Shown: in pieces, positions 53,815 through 61,444 of the stretch
Numbering within the stretch: the stretch's first letter is position 1
Layout: each line of letters opens with the position of its first letter
Notes under the pieces: generated by a model
Database searches by the model: none
Seen by the model: only the letters and a program-made list of their open reading frames with translations
Told to the model about the DNA's origin: nothing
Source: Candidatus Uhrbacteria bacterium
GTDB taxonomy: Bacteria; Patescibacteriota; Patescibacteriia; UBA9934
Assembly: GCA_943350635.1 (NCBI GenBank)
Contig: CALRAI010000002.1
Coordinates: forward strand, 1 to 61,444
Direction of reading: 5' to 3'
Length of the DNA: 61,444 nucleotides
Translations under genes and position numbers: made by a program

Positions 53815-54900
53815 TTACGTTTTCCTCACAAACTGTTTTCCCCCAACATCTTCAATAAACCCAAGAAGTTCCAAACCCGTCAGCGCAACAGAAGCGGCGC
53901 TTGTGGTGAGTTTTGCTTTTTCGATTGCCGTGTCGATATGCACCGGCACTGCGCCAAACTCTGCAAACAATGCAATTTCGTCGGGAGATCGTCCAATAGG
54001 CAGGAATGCCGTTGCACTCGCGCTTGGCGCCACGTTCATCCCAAGCACCTCAAAAATATCCCGAGCTTCGGTCACAACATGCGCGCCATGCTTCAGAAGC
54101 TCATTTGTCCCTTTACTCATCGCTGAATCGATCATTCCCGGCACCGCAAACACTTCGCGATTCTCACTCGTCGCCGATGTGGTCGTGAGCAATGTTCCCG
54201 ACGGTACTCCGGCTTCAATGGCTAACGTTCCGTGACACATTCCTGCAACAATGCGGTTGCGAATGGGGAAATTGTGCGCAAGGGGCGCCATCGTAAATTG
54301 AAATTCACTGATGACGGCACCACCACCATCGACGATCGCGTCACTCAGTTCAAAGTGCCGCGTATTATCTACTCCAAGAATTCCGGATCCAAGCACCGCA
54401 AGAGTGATCCCGTTGGCATCGAGCGCTCCACGATGACACGCCTCATCAATCCCATACGCCAAGCCGCTCACCACGACAATTCCTGCATTCGCACAGTCGA
54501 ACGCTAACTTCTTCGCAACACGCAAGCCATACTGCGTTGCGTGCCGGGATCCCACCATGGCAAGATGTTTCTTTGCCGTTGACGGCAACGTTCCTTTGAC
54601 GAACAACAGTGTGGGTGGTGTGTGGATAGTTTTGAGCATCTCGGGATACTCGTCGTCCGCAATCGTTACCGCACGAATTCCGTGTTTTTCCATGATGTCT
54701 ACAAATTCTTGCGGATCATGTTCTGTACGAAATTTCAGAAACTTTGGTACGTCTTGCGGTCGAATTTTTGCAGCAATCAACTCATCTGCGCTTGCATTCC
54801 ACGCATCCTTGGGATCCGAAAAATATTCAAACATCACCGCGTTGGACTTTGGTCCAAACCACGGAACATTCGCGATCGCAATAGTATAAGGGGATGTCAT
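53815..54900 (-). CDS. dprA: DNA processing protein DprA
   Basis: DprA Rossmann-like core (VVSGLAYGIDEACHRGAL...FPIRNRIVAG) and a C-terminal winged-helix-like domain. Confidence 0.9.
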   Translation of the reverse strand: MTSPYTIAIANVPWFGPKSNAVMFEYFSDPKDAWNASADELIAAKIRPQDVPKFLKFRTEHDPQEFVDIMEKHGIRAVTIADDEYPEMLKTIHTPPTLLFVKGTLPSTAKKHLAMVGSRHATQYGLRVAKKLAFDCANAGIVVVSGLAYGIDEACHRGALDANGITLAVLGSGILGVDNTRHFELSDAIVDGGGAVISEFQFTMAPLAHNFPIRNRIVAGMCHGTLAIEAGVPSGTLLTTTSATSENREVFAVPGMIDSAMSKGTNELLKHGAHVVTEARDIFEVLGMNVAPSASATAFLPIGRSPDEIALFAEFGAVPVHIDTAIEKAKLTTSAASVALTGLELLGFIEDVGGKQFVRKT

Positions 54901-57900
54901 GTCGGAAATTTTATCATGCTATACTTGTTCCAGTATGCGAAAGCTCTGGGAGTTGCTTCAGCGTGTGGGAAATTGGTGTGTAGGGCATAAAGCAATCATG
55001 GTTTTTGTGATTGCAGTTTTTGTATTGAGTGTTCCGTTCCATTACACAAATGCTGTAACGGATTCTCTTTTTACCAAGTTCCTCTCCAATCCAATCGACG
55101 TGACGATGATTACGCTGGCAGGAATCATTCAGGTGATCACTGGCGCCGTGGGAAAACTTATCTTGTTGATTATCGAAGTGATTGTCATTCCTGTTCTTGG
55201 ATATAACGGTTTTTACAACAGTCACATTACGAATCTTGGCTGGTCGTTAGTACGCGACGTCGTGAACATGTTCGTCGTCGTGATTCTGCTCGTCATCGCC
55301 ATTATGACGATTATTGGCTACTCCAAAGCAAACTGGACGCAGCAACTTCCAAAGCTGTTTATCGCCATCGTGCTCGTGAACTTCAGCAAACTGATTTGTG
55401 GATTCCTCATCGACGTCAGCCAGGTGATCATGTTCACCTTCGTAAACGCCATTGTTTCCATTGCTGCAGGAAACTTCGCGTCGATGCTTTCCATGAACAC
55501 GTTTGGACAATTTGGTGCGGAGTTTATTGATACGATAAACGAAAAGGGAACGGGACTAGAAGCGTTTGAATTCCTCATGGGTGCATACCTTCAATTCATC
55601 GTTATCCTCGCAATCCTTGGTGTAATGTTCCTTCTTGCAGCCGCCTTCATTTGGCGCATCGTGGTGCTGTGGATTCTTATTATCATGTCGCCATTAGCGT
55701 TCTTCCTTATTGGCGTCAAAGACATTTTCCATGCCGCCGAAAGCAGCTATACGCAATGGTGGAGCAAATTCACGAGCGCCCTCACCTTTGGCCCAACAAT
55801 GGTGTTCTTCCTCTGGCTCGCCCTTGCCGCCTCGTCCGGTTCAAACCTCGCCCAAACGGAGGACTTCCCCATGCCCGACAGCACCGCCGACTCCGGCATT
55901 TCTTTGGAGATGTTCTCTCTCGACAACTTCCTCGGCATGTTCCTCGCCCTCGCAATTCTCATTGCCGGCATGCAACAAGCCTCCGCCAGCGCCCAAGCCA
56001 TGGGTGGCTTTGCGAGTAAGATGTTGAGTGAGGATATGGGAAAGGGATTGGTGAAGGGTCTTGCTCGACCAATGAAATCCGCAAAGTCACTTTCTCGTGG
56101 CGCCGCTTCTCAACTTGCCAAACCTCGTGACCTGCCATTTGGTTTGGATAATTTGCGGCAGAGCGCTGTAGAAAAGGGGGCGAAAGGTTTGGCGAATGCT
56201 GGTGTTGGTTTGCAAAAAGCAGGATTCGGTGCAATTGGTGGTGCAGTAAGTGGATTGGGTGGATATGCTGGAGCAAAGGCTGCTGAAGGAAGAGCAGAAA
56301 TGAATAAGGCCGGTGCAGAAGAAATGAAATACCGTACGCAGACTGACGATCAGAAAAAGCAATTGCATGAAAACTTGTTGAACGGTGCATCGAGCGATCC
56401 TGCCAGGTCGAAGGGCGTAAATATGTACGAAGGCATGGATCAGAACGAGGCAATGGCGATGCGAAGAAAATTTCTTACCAGTCCTGATGAACGAAAGAAA
56501 ATCGAGGATGCTTCAAAGAAGATGCATGGCACTGGTCCGAATAAAAAAGAGGGTCAAGCACTTACGGACGCCGTGAATAAAGACATGGATGATTTGAAAA
56601 ATAGCCAAATGGAGTTTGCAGATTCCGACGACGGAAAGCGCTTGCTCGGACTGAGTGACGATGAGAAGAAGCTTGTGAAGGGCATGAAGATGGAGAATCT
56701 ACACCTCATTGAGCCAAAAGAGGGCAAGAGAGATGCATTTGAGGCTGGTCCAGCTGGTGACGAAAAGTATAATAAAGCAAAACAGAAGGCGATGAAGGCC
56801 GCAATCGACGACACCGAAGGCTATAATCATAAAATTCATGGCGGCCGTTCTTTGGCCGATGCAAATGTGCGCGCAGTTCTCGCTCAGCAATCCTCTGGTC
56901 GAACCACTGCGGACGGAACGGTGATTACAGCGTTAGATGATTTGAAAGCACAGGGTAATGCTGCCCAGAAGGAAGCGCTTCGTACTTCTATTGGTGCGGA
57001 TGATGTAAAAAAGAATTCTGCCGATATGGCATCGGTGGTGAATTCAGGAGCTTTGATTCCTGGAAATGCTAATGGTACGCCAGCAACTGGAAAGGGTGGC
57101 GCGGTTGCAGAGGCTGTTCGTGAGAGGGTGCGAAATGCTCCGGTTGGAGGGGTGACGAATGTTGATGGTATTGCCGCCGGAAACTTGCACAATGCTGGTT
57201 ATAATAATGATGAGGTATTGGGAGATCGTTTTGGCGCTGCTGCAGCTGCGGGTGGAGCGGCGTTTAGTGAGGAACATCGTGCTCGTGCTGGGGCAATGGT
57301 TACGGCGAATGCCGCGAATGCTGGATATCTCCCTGCACAGTCCGCTGGTACGGCAAACGAAGTGACGCATCTCATTGCTAATTCAACAAGTAAGGAAGGA
57401 ATTAAAACATTGCAGACAAGCATGAACGCTGAAACAGATCCAGCAAAACGTGCACAAATGCAGAGAGGACTTGATAACATTACGCAATCGGTGAAGGCGG
57501 AGAGGGCTCACGCCATTGCGAATGGTGGCGCAAACAGCGATCGTGCAAAGAAGATGAAGCAACTTGAAGATCAAGCAAGTGAAGCTGGAGGAGGAAGATA
57601 TGCTGGTCGTCCAGCTGCGCCACCAACACCACCAAACAGCGGAAATAATAATGGAGGCAATGGTGGAGGGGGTAACCAAGGTGGTGGAAACGGCGGTGGT
57701 AGCCGAGGAGGAGGTAATAGAGGCGGTGGCAACCAGGGAGGCGGGGGAAATAATCGTGGTGGAGGCGGCAATCGTGGAGGAGGAAATCGAGGAGGTGGAA
57801 ATACTGGCGGCGGAAACGGGGGAGGCGGAGGTGCTGCAGGTGGAGCCGCAGGTGGCGGAAACGGGGGAGGGGGTAATCAGGGCGGTGGCGGAAATACTGG

Positions 57901-58144
57901 AGGCGGCGGAAGAGCGGCTTCTCAACGTAATTCCGGAGGTTCTCGTCCGGTTCGGACAAGTGCAGCAAAACCTCAGGCGCCATCGCGAGGATCTAATCAA
58001 AATAATTCTCGAACACAGCCAGCAGCTGGCGCCCCAGGATCGAGATATAATAATGCAGCTTCAGCTTCTCGAACGACAGGTGTAGATTGGTCGCAATCGC
58101 GAAGCTCAAGCGATCGTCGTGCCGATGGTGATTTTTATCGGTGA
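54899..58144 (+). CDS. multi-pass membrane protein (TrbL/VirB6-like candidate) with a long hydrophilic tail ending in a Gly/Asn/Arg low-complexity region
   Basis: The N-terminal ~370 aa hold about 7-8 TM helices. The tail contains GGNGGGGNQGGGNGGGSRGGGNRGGGNQ... The true start may be Met 54935 or later. The family call rests on topology and context only. Confidence 0.5.
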   Translation: MSEILSCYTCSSMRKLWELLQRVGNWCVGHKAIMVFVIAVFVLSVPFHYTNAVTDSLFTKFLSNPIDVTMITLAGIIQVITGAVGKLILLIIEVIVIPVLGYNGFYNSHITNLGWSLVRDVVNMFVVVILLVIAIMTIIGYSKANWTQQLPKLFIAIVLVNFSKLICGFLIDVSQVIMFTFVNAIVSIAAGNFASMLSMNTFGQFGAEFIDTINEKGTGLEAFEFLMGAYLQFIVILAILGVMFLLAAAFIWRIVVLWILIIMSPLAFFLIGVKDIFHAAESSYTQWWSKFTSALTFGPTMVFFLWLALAASSGSNLAQTEDFPMPDSTADSGISLEMFSLDNFLGMFLALAILIAGMQQASASAQAMGGFASKMLSEDMGKGLVKGLARPMKSAKSLSRGAASQLAKPRDLPFGLDNLRQSAVEKGAKGLANAGVGLQKAGFGAIGGAVSGLGGYAGAKAAEGRAEMNKAGAEEMKYRTQTDDQKKQLHENLLNGASSDPARSKGVNMYEGMDQNEAMAMRRKFLTSPDERKKIEDASKKMHGTGPNKKEGQALTDAVNKDMDDLKNSQMEFADSDDGKRLLGLSDDEKKLVKGMKMENLHLIEPKEGKRDAFEAGPAGDEKYNKAKQKAMKAAIDDTEGYNHKIHGGRSLADANVRAVLAQQSSGRTTADGTVITALDDLKAQGNAAQKEALRTSIGADDVKKNSADMASVVNSGALIPGNANGTPATGKGGAVAEAVRERVRNAPVGGVTNVDGIAAGNLHNAGYNNDEVLGDRFGAAAAAGGAAFSEEHRARAGAMVTANAANAGYLPAQSAGTANEVTHLIANSTSKEGIKTLQTSMNAETDPAKRAQMQRGLDNITQSVKAERAHAIANGGANSDRAKKMKQLEDQASEAGGGRYAGRPAAPPTPPNSGNNNGGNGGGGNQGGGNGGGSRGGGNRGGGNQGGGGNNRGGGGNRGGGNRGGGNTGGGNGGGGGAAGGAAGGGNGGGGNQGGGGNTGGGGRAASQRNSGGSRPVRTSAAKPQAPSRGSNQNNSRTQPAAGAPGSRYNNAASASRTTGVDWSQSRSSSDRRADGDFYR

Positions 58145-58157
58145 TCAATACAAATCT

Positions 58158-58276
58158 TTCATGATACAATAGAGCCAGATTTTGTCTGGCTCTTGTGTTT
58201 TGTACGTGATTTTTTTCATTATGCCCATTGCCGACCTTATAAAAATTCCACCGGTGCAGGCGTTTTTGATGGATGG
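58158..58276 (+). repeat. direct repeat 1 flanking the MNT-HEPN cassette
   Basis: It contains a hairpin (AGAGCCAGA-TTTTG-TCTGGCTCT) plus 56 nt identical to the start of the gene at 59094 (ATGCCCATTGCC...GATGGATGG). Confidence 0.8.
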
Positions 58277-58345
58277 TTCGTGCGGGAAACGCTGTACAAT
58301 CGACTAAGAATCGGCTATAATACGGCTATAAGAATAATTTTTCTT

Positions 58346-58639
58346 ATGACTGATACTTTACAAACTCTCGTAGAAAAAGCTCGACCAGTTTTTGAGAAAT
58401 ATCATTTTCGAAAAGTGGGAATTTTTGGTTCGCGCGCACGAGGCGACTATCGGAGCGATAGCGATATTGATTTTTTAGTTGCATCACAATCGTCAACAGA
58501 TATGTTCTCGAATGAAAAAGCACGGTCTGAACTTGAAGCGATATTTGGTGTATCTGTTGATGTAGTTCCAGACACAATGGTTGTTGCACGCATGCGCCCA
58601 CAAATCCTGAAGGACCTTAAGATCATTTATGAAGGATAA
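58346..58639 (+). CDS. MNT-type nucleotidyltransferase antitoxin (MntA-like)
   Basis: GIFGSRARGDYRSDSDIDFLV, which matches the pol-beta NTase motif GS...DxD. The start was placed at MTDTLQT. Confidence 0.85.
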   Translation: MTDTLQTLVEKARPVFEKYHFRKVGIFGSRARGDYRSDSDIDFLVASQSSTDMFSNEKARSELEAIFGVSVDVVPDTMVVARMRPQILKDLKIIYEG

Positions 58640-59009
58640 TGCGGCGTACATCGACCTCATGATAGCTGCGTGTCAGAAGATTGTTGCGTATACTTCTGGT
58701 GTTGACGAGGAAAGATTTGTAAAGGAATCAATGGTACAGAGTGCGGTAATTATGCAGCTTCAGGTTATTGGAGAAATGGGGAAGAAACTCGATGAAGCAT
58801 CAAAGAAAGGGATTGATGTTCCATGGGAAATGATTATTGGATTGCGAAACATTATTTCTCATGACTATTTTTCTTTAGAGCTTTCTGGAATTTGGGGCAT
58901 TGTTTCTGTGCACATTCCTGATCTTGAGTCGAAACTTCATCGCTATTTACAGGATCGGGGACTGACGTATTTGCCGCCATTCGGGGACACAACTCCGTTG
59001 ATGGGATAG
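58629..59009 (+). CDS. HEPN/DUF86 toxin (HepT-like)
   Basis: The Rx4-6H motif is RNIISHDY. It overlaps the MNT gene by 11 nt. Confidence 0.85.
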   Translation: MKDNAAYIDLMIAACQKIVAYTSGVDEERFVKESMVQSAVIMQLQVIGEMGKKLDEASKKGIDVPWEMIIGLRNIISHDYFSLELSGIWGIVSVHIPDLESKLHRYLQDRGLTYLPPFGDTTPLMG

Positions 59010-59034
59010 TGAATGTTCCATCTGAAATATATTC

Positions 59035-59149
59035 TTCATGATACAATAGAACCAGATTTTCTCTGGTTCTTTTGTTTGATGAGAAACTTTTCTATGCCCA
59101 TTGCCGACCTTATAAAAATTCCACCGGTGCAGGCGTTTTTGATGGATGG
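59035..59149 (+). repeat. direct repeat 2 flanking the MNT-HEPN cassette
   Basis: It has the same architecture as 58158-58276. The hairpin is AGAACCAGA-TTTTC-TCTGGTTCT, which differs by a compensating G>A / C>T pair. Confidence 0.8.
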
Positions 59150-60620
59150 GAGTGTGATGACGGTGTTTGAGACAATTTTAGAAAAGTTTGCGTTGCCGAA
59201 GGAGAGAGCGGTGGAGCTTTTAGATCTTACAGATGCGGTGTTAGACGGTGGGTTAACGGTGGATGCATTTCCGGAAATTCTTGCCGAGGCATTTGGCGTG
59301 GAGATTGAACGCGCGCAGAAGATTTCTGCCGATGTGTGTGGTTTTCGGCTGTTGCCATTGGAACAATACGTTCCTGGTGTCGCAGAACAGATTGTGGCCT
59401 GGGGAGGAGATTTGCAAAAGTATCCAAAATCAAAGGTTGGGAAAATGAAGATGAATGCCGAAACGTTTGCAAGTCAGCTCGATGAAAAGCTTGATCTCAA
59501 TTTTTCAGAGGTGTTGCTGAAGCGTTGTGCGTTTTTGCTTTACGGATATTGGAACGGGGAAAAAACAAAGGAGTCGACGCTGACGTTCTTTTCTCGTGCG
59601 CAAACTATCGGCGGTCTTGGATTAAAACCCGATGCTGCACAAAAGCTTCTGGAAGCTATCGACGAGAGTCGTCCGCTTATTGATGTGATGGACGGAGGTG
59701 TGTTGGCGGAAGTAGGAAGTATGCAGTTGGGAGTGGGCGCAACAGTGAATAGTGGGGATGTTGCGGTGAAAGAAATTGAGGAGGAAATCGCACAGCAGGA
59801 AGCATTGAACACGTCGAAAGTGATCGAAATTTCGCCGTCGCATGAACTGACCTCGGAGCTACCAATCATTAACGCACCAAAATCGCCGATCCCGACAAGT
59901 CACATCGATGAATCGTGGAGAGAGGAACTAAAGGAGGCAGAAAAGAAGGCGAAGGAAGCGGGAGAGGTAGGGGCTTTTGCTAGCGAGGTTGCGGCGTTTG
60001 TTGAGCCGGTTGCATCTGGAGCTTCATCGGATACGGTGTTGGACAAGCGTTTTGCGGCAATCACCAAAGATGCTTCAACAGAACATCTTGAGCCAATTAT
60101 GCCCGGTGCTCGGGTAAGTTTGGCGCGGTCTGCTGCGGAAGAATCGGCGCAACAATCGGCAGCAGTACCAGAAGAAAAATTGAAGCAAGCGGCAATCGCG
60201 AGTCGTCCGGCACCAATCACGCCAATGCTCACAGTAGGATCCGTTGCTCCACAGCGGAATGAGAAGCCGATGACAGATATTCAGTCCGTGCATCGGCTTA
60301 CGGGACCAATAGACGAACTTGCGGGAATTACGCCAATAGAATTCCGTAGGCTTTCCAGTGTGCCAGCCGATGCTGCGCAGAAAATAGCAGACATGCTGGC
60401 CACATTAGAATTGCAATCGTACGAGGAGCGTGTGAAGGGTGTGATGGCATGGCGCAATAGTCCAATGAATCAATTGTACGTTGCTATGACGTCTGCTGCG
60501 CTTATGCAAGGAGTTGGACTTGCGGAAATTGCTACAAAACGGAGAGGTGCAGGGGAAGAAAGTTTGAGCCCTGCAGAGATTCGTGCCATTGCTGCGCTCA
60601 ATGAGCAGCTGCGATTTTAG
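59094..60620 (+). CDS. hypothetical protein (508 aa)
   Basis: The start was placed at MPIADLIKIPPVQAF. An acidic/Ala-rich middle region is present, and no motif was recognised. Confidence 0.55.
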   Translation: MPIADLIKIPPVQAFLMDGSVMTVFETILEKFALPKERAVELLDLTDAVLDGGLTVDAFPEILAEAFGVEIERAQKISADVCGFRLLPLEQYVPGVAEQIVAWGGDLQKYPKSKVGKMKMNAETFASQLDEKLDLNFSEVLLKRCAFLLYGYWNGEKTKESTLTFFSRAQTIGGLGLKPDAAQKLLEAIDESRPLIDVMDGGVLAEVGSMQLGVGATVNSGDVAVKEIEEEIAQQEALNTSKVIEISPSHELTSELPIINAPKSPIPTSHIDESWREELKEAEKKAKEAGEVGAFASEVAAFVEPVASGASSDTVLDKRFAAITKDASTEHLEPIMPGARVSLARSAAEESAQQSAAVPEEKLKQAAIASRPAPITPMLTVGSVAPQRNEKPMTDIQSVHRLTGPIDELAGITPIEFRRLSSVPADAAQKIADMLATLELQSYEERVKGVMAWRNSPMNQLYVAMTSAALMQGVGLAEIATKRRGAGEESLSPAEIRAIAALNEQLRF

Positions 60621-60636
60621 GTGATATACTTCTTTC

Positions 60637-61077
60637 ATGCCCAACCAATTTGTGGTGCCACAATTTCTGGACGTGGAGTCGAAAATTATCGGGCCAATTA
60701 CCGCGCGACAATTTTTGATTATGCTCGGTGTGTTGTTGGTGGAATTTGTGATCTATCGTGTGTTCTTGAATATTCTTTTAGTCTTGCTGTTCGGCGTTCC
60801 CGTCCTTGGTATAGGGCTCCTTTTTTCCTTTGCGAAAGTAAATGGTCGTCCATTTCACTTTATTGTGCTCAACTTTATTCAAACATTTCGTAAGCCGCAT
60901 TTGCGCATTTGGGACAAAACATTGAGCGATGCAGATATCCGTACGTCGATGCAAAAGGTTGAGGAAGAAGTTGTTGCGCCAAAAGTACGAAAAGCACCAC
61001 TTGAGCGATCCCGTTTAAACGAACTTACCCTCGTTGTGAACACGGGTGGTGTGTATGAGTCTGATGAAAATCTGTAA
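60637..61077 (+). CDS. PrgI-family (VirB3-like) small membrane protein
   Basis: The N-terminus VPQFLDVESKIIGPITARQFL is followed by two TM helices, as in PrgI/VirB3-like proteins of Gram-positive-type T4SS. Confidence 0.6.
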   Translation: MPNQFVVPQFLDVESKIIGPITARQFLIMLGVLLVEFVIYRVFLNILLVLLFGVPVLGIGLLFSFAKVNGRPFHFIVLNFIQTFRKPHLRIWDKTLSDADIRTSMQKVEEEVVAPKVRKAPLERSRLNELTLVVNTGGVYESDENL

Positions 61078-61079
61078 GT

Positions 61080-61444
61080 ATGCCAACGCCAAAACCAAAA
61101 TCTGGACAACCTACACAACGCTATTTAGATATTGCGGAAATTCGTGAGGACGCTGTGGTCATGAAGGACGGAACACTTCGTGCGGTACTCATGGTATCGA
61201 GCGTGAACTTTGCGTTGAAGAGTGAAGACGAGCAGCAGGCAATTATTCAAGGGTACATGCAGTTTTTGAACGGGCTCGATCATCCACTCCAGGTGGTGAT
61301 TCAGTCGCGGAAGATGAATATTGATGGATATATTGGCGCACTGAAGAACCAGGAAGAAACCATTCACAATGAATTGTTAAAAACGCAGATTCGTGACTAC
61401 ACATCGTTTATCAAAGAATTAGTCGATCTTGGGCAAATCATGCA
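61080..61444 (+). CDS. VirB4/TraC/PrgJ-like ATPase, N-terminal fragment (3' end runs off the window)
   Basis: I translated this open frame by hand to the window end. YLDIAEIREDAVVMKDGTLRAVLMVSSVNFALKSEDEQQAIIQGYMQFLNGL matches the N-terminal pattern of VirB4-like proteins. The Walker motifs would lie outside the window. Confidence 0.55.
   Translation, partial: MPTPKPKSGQPTQRYLDIAEIREDAVVMKDGTLRAVLMVSSVNFALKSEDEQQAIIQGYMQFLNGLDHPLQVVIQSRKMNIDGYIGALKNQEETIHNELLKTQIRDYTSFIKELVDLGQIM

Noticed and set aside
57383-58000. Minus-strand ORFs encoding Pro/Ser-rich peptides opposite the GGN/RGG tail.
   Set aside because: They are artefacts of the purine-only coding strand, since the complement of GGN codons gives NCC (Pro/Ser/Thr/Ala) runs without stops.
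1-61444. I searched for CRISPR arrays, rRNA genes, reverse transcriptase/DGR template-variable repeat pairs, transposases and integrases.
   Set aside because: I saw no regularly spaced short repeats, no rRNA-like sequence, no RT/transposase/integrase motifs in any long ORF, and no ~100-nt near-duplicate of the C-terminal regions of the large surface proteins.

Overview
This 61.4-kb window is a bacterial chromosomal segment with a backbone of about 49% G+C (hand count of sample stretches). The standard genetic code applies, since an intact RF2 gene is present. The gene content suggests a small-genome, possibly episymbiotic (CPR/Patescibacteria-like) organism: a streamlined housekeeping set, a giant Cys-rich surface protein, a PrgI/VirB4-type module and a LAGLIDADG gene. 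That taxonomic reading is inference only.

Housekeeping genes:
- valS-tyrS-argS, bactofilin and a VKOR+DsbA pair
- nusA-yidC, envelope genes, and groES-groEL behind a CIRCE operator
- prfB, an epimerase, rsmA, glyQS, ribH
- parA-parB, an RSH (p)ppGpp enzyme, topA and dprA

RNA genes: tRNA-Leu(GAG), tRNA-Val(UAC), tRNA-Ala(GGC), and an initiator tRNA-Met interrupted by a 265-nt group I intron.

Accessory content:
- A two-gene operon ending in a 2977-aa Cys-rich exported protein.
- Three islands at roughly 61-67% G+C that encode LysM proteins, a lipoprotein and an M23 peptidase.
- A toxin-antitoxin/Fic cluster.
- A 1559-aa coiled-coil/Pro-rich protein carrying an in-frame palindromic repeat.
- A VirB6-like/PrgI-like/VirB4-like locus into which an MNT-HEPN cassette has been inserted between direct repeats.

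The signal I cannot assign to any known class is a pair of diverged noncoding elements of about 360-385 nt. Each is co-oriented with the gene immediately downstream (groES, topA). They share conserved and compensating hairpins and have no coding potential.

No rRNA genes, CRISPR arrays or reverse transcriptases were seen.
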